A stretch of 21,118 nt of DNA from Ancylonema sp. (lineage: Eukaryota), in the NCBI GenBank assembly GCA_050230475.1, contig JBFLGF010000014.1:124001-145118 (forward strand), given 5' to 3'. How positions within the stretch are numbered: the stretch's first letter is position 1; the number at the start of each line of letters is the position of its first letter. Below, piece by piece: positions 10,385 through 19,944 of this stretch. Both the position numbers and the translations under genes were made by a program. Under the pieces are notes generated by a model. That model was not told the origin of the DNA and ran no database searches. It worked only from the letters and a program-made list of their open reading frames with translations.

Positions 10385-11381
10385 CCCTCGCTACCGTGCC
10401 TACGGTGTTTTGTGTCGGAACCCGGTCCCTAGGTCCCGTCTTCGGCTCGTCTGTGGCGACGTGACCTCATCTACAACCGTCAATGCCCTAGCTTGAATCC
10501 TGGCCATCTCGGGAACATTCTCGAAACTGGCGACTCGGTGATTCCCATTTCGAAGCTCGACTGGTTTTTCCGGAAAATTTATACATCGCCGCCGTCCATT
10601 GCGGTTCATCCGACGGGACATCCGCGCTCTACAGATTTTATATCTGCCACCGGGGCATTCGCGATCCCTCCACCATCCAATTTCGTCGACGTGGCGCCAT
10701 CGTATTCTCGCCCTCTTTCTGACACATTCCGATCGGACGGCCGCTGCCGCTGCTCCGCGATCTTCCAGTTTCCGATCGTCCACGTCAAGCCGTCCATCTT
10801 TCGGTCCTTGCTCCCAGTTTCCGATTTCACGGGAGCCCGTTTTTTTCCCTACGACCCTGGGCTCATTATTTTCTCCGCCTTTGAGCCCCGCCATCAGTTC
10901 TCCCTGGCCAAGAGCCCGACCTATTTCGGCTCATTTTTCCAGCCCGGAGACCAGGAGTTTGCCCTTCTCCTTTACGCGGCACGCCGCGCCTTTGACGAGG
11001 GGATACTGTTAGGACTCCCTCTATTGTCACTAGGGTTCCCCTAGAGTGTGCCCTACCCTTAGCTAGCTCTTAGCTTGTAATCCCGATTGCCTAGTTGTTA
11101 AGCCCTAATTTGGTTATTACACTTCATCAACAGTTAGTCCATTGTTAGGCCCTAACTTACATTTGTCCTTATATCGAATTAGGTTCAGTTTTCCCTTATA
11201 ACGAGTTCAGTTCCGACCCTAGTTTCATATTTATACCCATCAGGAATGCTCATTCAGCATCCTGATCAATTCATGTACTCTTTCATATCATACTTGCACT
11301 TTCAACCCTTCCAGTGTGTATTTGTGTTTGTGACTGAGTGCTTTCCTATAAGCTAGAGCCGCCGCTACTGCGACTCTAACA
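10385..11381 (+). mobile_element. 3' end of a second chromovirus-related LTR element: unrecognised internal segment, PPT and LTR (11008-11381), inserted in the DNMT-gypsy integrase tail
   Basis: PPT GAGGGGGA then TAC, then LTR TGTTAG...CTAACA (374 bp). Shares GTCACTAGGG, TTTGTCCTTATATCGA, CTTATAACGAGTTC and AGGAATGC with the LTR at 6693-7125. Left boundary is approximate. Confidence 0.75.
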
Positions 11382-13471
11382 AAGTGTGCCTTTGGTTTGA
11401 CGTTTCACATAAACATATTGATGTTTTAGGAGACGAGGACGCGGTCGTGCCCATGTACCACTGTGTACCCGAAAGTATTGATGCCTGTCTCGTTGTTGTG
11501 CAATGGCAAGGTTGCGCATTGCGAGTGGCATGACTTCCTCAAAAAAAAAAATGCGTTCCAGAATGAATTTTGGTAATTATTTGAGTGCCTCAGGTAAGGG
11601 GTCATGTTCAGCTGCCTGTATTTGTGCCTGGAAGATAGGGTGTTTGCCATACATCAAATAGTATGGTGAATACCCGGTAGAGGCCTGTTTTGTCATGCGG
11701 TACCCCATGGCGACAGAAGGTAGGTAAATGTCCCAATCCGTGCAATGTTCTTTTACGAGGATTTTCCTTAAAGATAGTTACATCGTTTGAACCATGCGTT
11801 TTGCTAACCCATCATATTGTGGGTGTTCCCGGGCTGCAGTACGATGTGTAACTCGATGTCCGGCAAGTAAGTCGGTGAATGCCCCTTCAAATTCCGCGCC
11901 TTGGTCAGTGATGATTTCTCCAAGAGCTCCAAAACGAGAAAGGACATGAGTGAGTAAAGCATGTGCTGCTGATTTTGAAGATTTGTCGGGTAAGGCGATA
12001 AGTTCAACCCATTTGGTGAAATTTTCAATGCATATCATAACGTATTGGTTTTTACGTGTACATTTTGGCATAGGTCCAGCGAAGTCCACTCCCCAACGGT
12101 AGAAGAGTCCCCGAATTGGTAATGGTTGTAGTTGGGTGCGTCCATCAACAAAGTTTGTTTTTGCTCGAGAACATGTGCTGGACATTCTTTGATGACTTGA
12201 ATGACATGATCACCCATCCCATGCCACCCGTAATCTTGTTGTAAAGCGTGGAGCACGCGTTTTACCCCAAAATGACCGTATCGTGTGTGCATGTATTAAT
12301 CAGAGGGATTCATTCTGGTGGTGGTGGAACGATTTTCATGTGCCCAGAGGTAGGGATTTTGTAAACATATCTCCCCATCCATCTATATTTGAGAGCCCGT
12401 CGGTATGTACGCTCTTTGTTGTGGTGTCAAGTCTGGTAGGTGTATGAGTTTTGAGAAGTGTCATTGTGGCATTATTCCCAAATCCACTTTGACATCTTCT
12501 GGTGGTGGTGTACCTTGGTGGAAACCCAGAAAGTACGATGGTGGATTTTGACCCGTGGGTGAGGTTTACATGTAGTAGCAAGGTGTTTTCTCCCCTAATG
12601 TTTCAATCTCACGGTTATCAGTTACTGTCTCTGGTAATGGACAACGACTGCACCCGTCGGCATTGGAGCTTGCAACACCGGGGCGATGGATTACTTCAAA
12701 TTCATATTCGTGGAGTAGGAGAGCCCAGCGCGCAAGTTTGCCGGTGAGTTTGGTTGTTGTCATGATCCATTTAAGGGGTGCATGATCGGTAATGAGGGTA
12801 AATGGTTTACCAAACAGAAATTCACGAAAATGTTGCACCGCCCAAATGACAGCAAGACACTCCCTGTGGAAGTTGCTCTAGTTCCGTTCCGCATTGTTAC
12901 AGTTGCGACTAGCAAATGCGACTGCATATTCGGTACCATCATCATCTGTTTGACTCAAAACGGCACCTAAACCATGTGCACTCAGTAGGTGGCTAGTAAG
13001 TGTGGTTTATTGGTATCTGGTCTGCGGAGCACAGGCTCTGAACAGAATGCTTGTTTGAGTGTGATAAAGGTTGTTTCTTGAGTCTCATCCCAATCCCATT
13101 TGACATCCCCTTTTAGAAGTCCGTTGAGTGGGGAAGCACTGTTGGATAAATGTGGAACGAACTTGCGGTAATAGGAAACCACCTTAGAATAGCACGAAGT
13201 TGATGAATATCCTTAGGTGTTGGCATATCCTTAATAGCTCTGGTTTTCTCATCTTGTGGTGCAATACCTTTCCCATAGATCTTATGGCCGAGAAAGTCTA
13301 TTTCATCCGCAAAGAATAATGACATTTCACTTTGACGAAGGCGATGAAAGACTTCGAAGGTGTTGTACGAAAGTATTGTCATTGATGACATTTCATACTT
13401 GAACTGACTTTCGAAGTACGATGTGAAGACTTGTCGAAGGTGTCGAAGTCTAGAATGGTCCTCGAAAGTAT
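11382..13471 (-). pseudogene. pol: DNMT-gypsy pol, distal part: RT C-terminus, RNase H, integrase
   Basis: EIDFLGHKI, SYYRKFVP, EPVLRRPD, ITDHAPLKWIM, zinc-binding HTRYGHFG..C, core WGVDFAGP / ITDQGAEF / GLAKRMVQ (third acidic residue E>K). Ends YVKRQTKGTL at the chromovirus LTR. Confidence 0.9.
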
Positions 13472-14527
13472 TGTTAAAATCACAAGTCCCTTTCGACTTG
13501 TCAATAATGGCGATTAAATCACTATAAGAATATCTCGCGCCGTTTTCATCGCGAGATTAATTGTAATGTTCGAAGCCAGCCTGTCGCTATCTTCGACAAT
13601 TCAACTCTAGTTAATTCGGTTAGCACCGCGACTTTGTGACAAAAGACAAATTATATTTTCAGATCTGCCAACTTCCGCTGTCAGATTGCGCTGAAGAATC
13701 CCTTCCAACAGTCTTTTGTGTTATTTGTGCAATTCTGTGAATATTGATCCCTTCGCTTACGCGATACGTGCTCGTCTTCCGACTCAACTGACATCCGTCA
13801 GCCAGCCGGTAATTCAAATATTCTTTGCAATCTGTGTGTTGTATTTTACTGATTCATCTGAATCTGACGCCTTTCTGAGCTAGCTTCTTAATCGACTGTA
13901 ATTTATTACATCGATTCGCTGACGCTCTCGCAGCCAGCAAGCGTGAGTGTGTGTGTGTGAAGTATCTGCCGATTTGTCTGCGTTCGCTCCGAACCGGCAA
14001 TTTCATTTGTGTGTGTGTGTTTGCTGTCGCTCGCTCCGAGCCAGCATTTGTTGTTAACACTTGTTTGCTGACGCTCTTTCTGAGCCATCATCTTTTATCG
14101 ACGCGCCGTCGATACTTTGCTTTCGAACCGAAAGTAACTCTTACGGTTGTTAACCTTGATAGTCTGCACCAGACTATCTTGTTTGCTATAGTATTTTCAC
14201 AAACTTTTGTACTATAAACCATATGTTAGCTTGCCCTTAGCGTTAAGTAGTGAATTTCACCAGACCGCTGAGACGTGTGATAGATATAATATTGATATCT
14301 CGTAGAGACTCAATTTGCAATACTACTTAGTGAGAGCAGCCGGACCACCAAGTCCACCTGAGACCCTTCGATCACCTACAAACATCATCGATACCAACCC
14401 AGTCGACATCATCGCTACTCTCTACCACGAGCATTACCACATGCATCATTCTGAGAAACATCCGGGAACAAAGAGGACAAAGTATGAAAAATATCAGTTT
14501 AGGCGGCCGACTCCAAACAGCACGTCA
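13472..14527 (+). mobile_element. Solo-LTR-like copy of the 8710-9823 sequence, inserted just after the YIDD motif of RT
   Basis: Inverted homolog of 8710-9823 with TG...CA ends. Flanked by GTAT at 13468-13471 and 14528-14531 (GTATT if the TSD is 5 bp). Removing it restores SNT|FEDH after YIDDI. Confidence 0.85.
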
Positions 14528-15150
14528 GTATTGCTTCAGTTGCTGATGTCATCAATGTAGCATCGCGAGTTGCGGAATCCTGCCAAAATTCGGTCCAGTG
14601 TGCGTTGAAAGAATGGTGGTGCATTCTTTAGTCCATATGGTACGACATTCCATTCATAAAGTTGACGTTCAGCTCCCCAAAATGCATTCTTGCATTTGTC
14701 TCTTTCAGAGATAGATATCCGGTGGTATCCCTCTCGTAAATCCAATTCGGTAAATATTTTTGCTTCTTTCATGTCCTAAAAGATGTCCTCTATTCGTGAA
14801 ATCTTACTTGTCTTGTTGGGTGTGGTTGAGGATAGGACGATAATCACCACACTGGCGAAAGTCGGTTGGTTGTCCATTCTCGTCCTTCTTTCGTACCACG
14901 ACGGTTGCCGAGGCGTAATTATTACTGTCACTTTTGCGAATCATGCCGAGTTCTAGGAGTTTTTGACAGTTTTCCCGAACAAAGCTCCATTCGGTGTCCG
15001 AAAGACGATGGGAGTTTTGAAAGATTGGTTGAGTTGTTTGCAAAGGAATTTCCATAAGAGTATTGCTGGATGGAAGTAACTCTTCCAGAGAAAAGTTTTC
15101 CTCCAGAAGGTCAATAACGTGAAGTTTTCGTTCCTCCGTAAGATTGTTGC
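14528..15150 (-). pseudogene. pol: Reverse transcriptase, N-terminal and core part
   Basis: LLELGMIRKS..YASATVVVRKKD..RQCGDYR; IFTELDLREGYHRI; YEWNVVPYGLKNAPPFFQR; CYIDDI. Confidence 0.93.
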
Positions 15151-15479
15151 CAATTTCCCATGTAATGGGTTTTACCTCAGTTTTTGGTGGTGAATCTGGG
15201 TTGGATGGAATCATGTTGTCATCGGTGACAATTTCCGATTGGTAATCTGTTTCACTCAATAGTGCTTGAGTGATAGGAATTGCATCTTGAGCGAGATGGC
15301 GTTGCTCAGTTGAAGTGTGATGCAGGTGATTCCTATTATTGTAAAATTCATTGGTCTCGGAGTCGTAATGCAGTGTGTGGTATAATGGAGCAATAGAGTA
15401 GTTGCCCCCCCCCCTTTCTTTGGTTGGCAAGGTGGGGTGTGTACCCTATGCGAGGTTGTAAGATAGAAGTGCATGAGAA

Positions 15480-16455
15480 TGCCTCCCAACCATTTAGCCA
15501 TGTTGCGATCCATCGTGCGTCCCAGCAGTGCTTTCCGAGTATTCTTTGAAATGCCTGGTGCACATGTATCTCCATTGTCAAAACCCATGAGTCTCTCATG
15601 TTCCCAGACATTCGCTTCCTCCCAGTCATGTTTCTCCGTGTTGTAAAGCATTCCAGGGCCTGGTTGATTGTACCCTTGAAATTTAAATTGGTAACTGCCT
15701 CGGTATGAAACAAGTGTCGGTAATGCACGACGTAGTGCGCCAGTTTTGTTAACTGGAGTGAACGGTGGTTCATCATCTTTAAGCACCTTGTTAGGTCGAT
15801 GATGTGGTTCAAGAATGGTTGACAAAGGTGGCAATTCCGGTGTGTCACGAATAGCCAGTTCCAATACATGTGGTGATATCTAGTTTGTCCAGATGCATCG
15901 AACATGGTGGGCTGTGCTACCGAAACTCCATGCGTCGGCAATTGCTAGAAAGCCCAAAAAGGACTTGATGATTGTAGTTGTATCTCGAATTTTCTTCACC
16001 ACATCTCCAAATGGATATGTATTTTCTAAAGCAAATACTGGTGGCTATTTTTGGACTCTGATGAGATGGTTGATGGCTCGAATGAGGTCAAAGAAGTATG
16101 GAAATCGTCGATCATAGTCGCCTTTGCCTTGTCCGGCTTTGCTGACCATCTGACATTCCCACCCAGCGAAGATGAAATCAATAGGTCCTCGTTGTAGGAT
16201 CAGTTCATTTAGATCGTCGTTTGATATTTTTGAAAAATCATGAGAAAGTCGAGTGTCGAAACCTTTGATTGCACTGGTTGGCAATTGTCTTGGGTATCGA
16301 ACTTGAAGTTTGGGTAATGTGGCACGAGTAATGTCACGTGCGTCTTGGTCAATGTCAGTGTGTGTATATGTATCAATGTTGTTTCCAGCTTCAAGGTGCA
16401 TGATAGCGCCAGTCCAACTCATGCCACCTAATGGTTTCCAAATGTGTAAACCATC
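15480..16455 (-). pseudogene. DNMT3-like C5 cytosine DNA methyltransferase domain inside the gypsy polyprotein
   Basis: One frame read through two stops (16045-16047, 15880-15882). Motif I-like LHIWKPLGGM; motif II TYTHTDID; motif IV GPIDFIFAGWECQMVSKAG (Cys at 16153-16155); YFFDLIRAI; motif VI FALENT; motif VIII DAWSFGSTAHHVRCIWTN; motif IX WEHERLMGF; motif X TRKALLGRTM. These parallel DNMT3 GPFDLVIGGSPC / LFENV / AHRARYFWGN / EMERVFGF / RQRLLGRSW. Confidence 0.88.
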
Positions 16456-17049
16456 TTGCATCGCCTTGGGTTGTAAGCGTGCTGTATAAGATGGATCAAT
16501 TGGTACAGCATCACGAATCGGTATACCTTTCTATGCGTTCCATTGTGGTAATGGCTGGTTTGGTATTTTGTCAATGGCCTTGCGTAAATATTGTGCGCTG
16601 TTGATACGCAAGGTTGTAAGTCTGTTGACTGCATGGTGCTCGTTTACTTGTGCCATTGTTCTGGCTGCCGCATTGAGTTGTGGTCGATGCGCTTGACGAA
16701 TGTCTGTATGTTTGGTTGTAGCAAGGTAAACCATGGTATTGGTTTCCCATTCTTGCATCTGAGGTTGGTACTCATTGTCGATGGGTCCATCTGGAAAATG
16801 TTGTGGTTCGTGGTATACACCTTCTTCCATGATACGAAACTCAAATTCTGTCAGAATGTCGGCTTCTTCTGTTGAATGTAACAAATCCTCTTTGGAATTT
16901 GCATAAATGTATCAGCAGACGTGTAAGTAACACCTGCATCCATGTATTGACAATGTACCGATGCCGCGTGTGGCAAGGTGAATTTGACTGTAATTGAGGC
17001 ACGGTGTGTACCCTGTTTTTTCCAGTCGACGCGGAAATGAAAGTGTTGA

Positions 17050-17370
17050 CTCCATGGATCTGTAATGCCTCCTACTATTGGTCCCAGGAAAGTACTGCCC
17101 AACAAAACGTCGTATTTTTCGGACGGTGTCAAATGAAGTTTAACGTTAACCGAAGTTTTGTTTCTACCATGTCCAATGTTGATGGTGTATGCTTTCTTGG
17201 TGGTCCCCAAAGATTGTTGGTATTTGCCTTCTGAAGTTAAGTATTCTTCTCCAGGATCAAGGTCTTGTGGTGTAAGCTTGAGTTGTTTGGCAAATTTGGT
17301 ACCAATGGTCACGTTCTCAGCACTTGAATCGAAAATTGGTAGTGAAGGTGTTTCTCCACCAATAGTGAGT
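17050..17370 (-). pseudogene. Retroviral-type aspartic protease
   Basis: PIFDSSAENVTIG (D-S-G-A-like, Asp at 17328-17330) and C-terminal YDVLLG. Confidence 0.8.
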
Positions 17371-17975
17371 ATGGATTGACAGTTGTCAGCGGTTGGTATA
17401 TGCCAATTGGTTATCAATTTGGCGTTGCAAGGGATCACCGGTGGTTTGGTGTATTGTGGTCCCATTACATAGAGTGCCATTGGTGGTTGTGGCATCTCTG
17501 CTTGTCGAGGGTAGTGGTGGTATGTCACCCTGAGGTGAGTCAAGTAACGTCGTTGTGAACAGTTGGTCATTGTATGTCCTGTTTGTCCACAAAAAACAAC
17601 ATCGTAATTCTTTTTCAATGACATCGTATGGTTCTTCAAATTCATGTCTGTTTGGGGCCTGATGTGGTGCAAACTCGAGTGGTATCGAGGTACATGAAGG
17701 TGAAAGGTCTGGGTGGTTATCAATGGAATATCCCAGGTTATGTTCGATCTTTGTGACTGTTGTAGTCGTTCGAAGCTTTATCATGAGTTTTTCCAGCACT
17801 CGTTCAAGTTGTTCATCAAAAATGTGTACATATCCTGCAAAAATGTCCGACGGAGGTGCCATAACTGTGTAAGTTGGTGGATCAACTTCTCCAGTCTTAG
17901 GCGGCGCGTATCGTGTGAAAGCCAATGTAGCTTTCCATACCTCCTCCGCTTGAAGCAACTGAATGGTGAGATGAC
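17371..17975 (-). pseudogene. gag: gag C-terminal region with a CCHC zinc knuckle (17559-17601)
   Basis: Removing one T from the T-run gives CCFCGQTGHTMTNC (CX2CX4HX4C) and joins the upstream ORF in frame with the protease. Confidence 0.7.
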
Positions 17976-18038
17976 TGTTAGGATTTAAAGTATCGGATAG
18001 GCATACCTTGTTTGGCCTAATCCGGACTTAGCCTAAAA
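17976..18038 (+). repeat. Start of a copia LTR (same family as 19214-19703), inserted in the gypsy gag and cut by the N
   Basis: TGTTAGGATTTAAAGTATCGGATAGG...GCCTAAAA matches 19214 onward with one mismatch. Confidence 0.9.
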
Positions 18039-18689
18039 NATTGCTAAAATCGATATAACGACAAAAGTTCACAACCCCTAAAAACTAACATGTTGATGCA
18101 AGTTTATGCAAATCAAAGTACCCCAAGCGCTTCAATTTCCAAGATTTGAGAGTAAAAACATTGAAGAATCATCAAACGCGGGTGATTTTATGCAATCTTA
18201 CCTACGTAATTCAGGGTTGCACAATGCACTATTCTATCAATAATCTAGGGTCACAATAAGTGGTGGGGCCCACCCGCCAGACATCTTCGGGTGGGTTGAA
18301 AGCTGTCCCGCCCTCCGCCTTCGACCTGCCAGGAGTCCTGGGGGTCCTGGCCTTGGACCCCCACCCTTCCTCCACCCGCCTTTAATCCGCCCCTCCCAGG
18401 GTCCACCCGCAGACCCGCCAAAAAGTGGCGGGTGTCATGTAAAATTGACGGTTTTACCCAACCATGACAATGACCATGTGGTCCAGGACCCAATTATATC
18501 TTTATTTACTTGGATGGTTTATTTTGAGACACGATCGCACCGTGGTCCACTAACCAAGCAAAAGGCATCTCGACAAATAGAAGAAATATTAAAGGTTGGA
18601 ATTCGGTATTGTAGGCATAAAGTCGTGAAAATATTGAATGGGGTAGATTTACGTGTATGATGTACTAGGGTATTACTTCATTTTGGTTA

Positions 18690-18758
18690 ATCACCAAACA
18701 CACTCTTCGGCTAAATCACCAAACATACTCGTCTTCACAAATTCATACTCGTCTTCAC
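18690..18758. repeat. Short degenerate tandem repeat (AATCACCAAACA / CATACTCGTCTTCAC units)
   Basis: Read directly from the sequence. Confidence 0.65.
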
Positions 18759-19703
18759 ATTTTTTTTAATTTTTTTTGTTGTATGCTCAAGTCGTAAAAA
18801 AACCCGTCTAAGTATCCTCGCCGGTTGCGAATATTCAAAGTTTATATAGGTACCAAAATCGGTATAATATTTATAAGGACCGGACTATATATGGTGTTTA
18901 TCATATTTTGAAATTGAGGTCGGCTAGTGACCACCGGGTGCGCGTCTTGTCGGCACGTGCCACTTGCATGAAGATGTGACAATCGTTGTCTTTTTTTTTC
19001 TCATGTAGGAAATTTTGACTTATACATTCGTCCACCTTACGCCTAGTTTTGTGGGTGATATTCCATATTCCATATTGCATATTGCATTATGGTAAAATTC
19101 ACTAACAATCTACTTCCGGCCCCAATATAGCCGATACCGCATACCCGTGTACTCCTTCAAAAAAAAAATCGAATATCGAATACGTTCCCCATCTCTAGAG
19201 AACGTGTAGGTTGTGTTAGGATTTGAAGTATCGGATAGGCATACCTTGTTTGGCCTAATCCGGACTTAGCCTAAAATGCAGTTTAGCATATTAGGTACCA
19301 AGTCCTGTTGTCTAGTTAAGGAACCGGGAATACCACACCCGGGCATCCAACCGTCTTGGCACACCCGGCGGTGTGCCATAATTGTTGTCGTTACAATCTA
19401 GGTGTAGTTTGTCAGAATGTACCTAGGGCGGTGGCACGCTAGTATTGGCTAGAATCTAGTGTGTCAGTTCAGTCCGGCGATAGTGCCGATGTACTTGTGT
19501 GTAGCGGTCTTATGATTGGGCGGCGGTCAATAGTTCCGACCGCCGACCGTTAGACTTGAGATTCGCAATGTACGATCGTCGGGGTATATCAACCCGACGA
19601 TCACACTTTTATGACTATTCCAAGAGACAAAATTGCCATACGGATCCATCGTGCGATACGTATCATTGTTGCGGATAGTACCATCTCATCACAAAATTTT
19701 ACA

Positions 19704-19716
19704 GGTTATGGGCCCA
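19704..19716 (+). promoter_or_regulatory. Primer-binding site of the copia/Ty5/Osser (hemivirus) type, complementary to the internal anticodon region of initiator tRNA-Met
   Basis: GGTTATGGGCCCA directly after the LTR-terminal ACA. Confidence 0.85.
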
Positions 19717-19944
19717 CAGGCTGTCTACGAAGAGACTCTGTGCGGGTCGACATCTAAAGGTTCAACGTGACTGCTGCGCTACAAACGGTAAATTGTGCCG
19801 CTTGTTAAGGGCTAATTATTGGGTTCGGAAATTGTTGCTGTGTGGGCAAGTAATTTTGAATTACGTTGCCGGGAAATTTACCTGTGGAAACTGTGAGCTC
19901 TGTTTTGCTGCGAGTTGTTTTTGTTGTGAGCTAACACCGCAGGC

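Larger units (their letters stand above)
8710..17975 (-). mobile_element. Ty3/gypsy LTR retrotransposon carrying a C5 DNA methyltransferase: gag(CCHC), protease, DNMT, RT, RNase H, integrase, PHD remnant, PPT, 3' LTR; degenerate, with nested insertions; 5' end missing
   Basis: Collinear minus-strand domains from 17975 to 11382, a terminal PHD-like peptide at 10384-10322, PPT G11AG at 10290-10278 and an LTR starting TG at 10277. Linking the PHD/PPT/LTR segment to this pol is inferred across an insertion. Confidence 0.8.

Noticed and set aside
15480..16455. Host DNMT3/DRM gene or bacterial restriction-modification methylase
   Set aside because: No introns, unlike the host gene. Same strand, composition and decay as the flanking protease and RT. 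Motif order is not permuted as in DRM, and there is no partner endonuclease.
17976..19703. The two copia LTR starts as paired LTRs of one small element
   Set aside because: They are separated by an N join. The second is followed by PBS and gag, so it is a 5' LTR, and there is no PPT before it.
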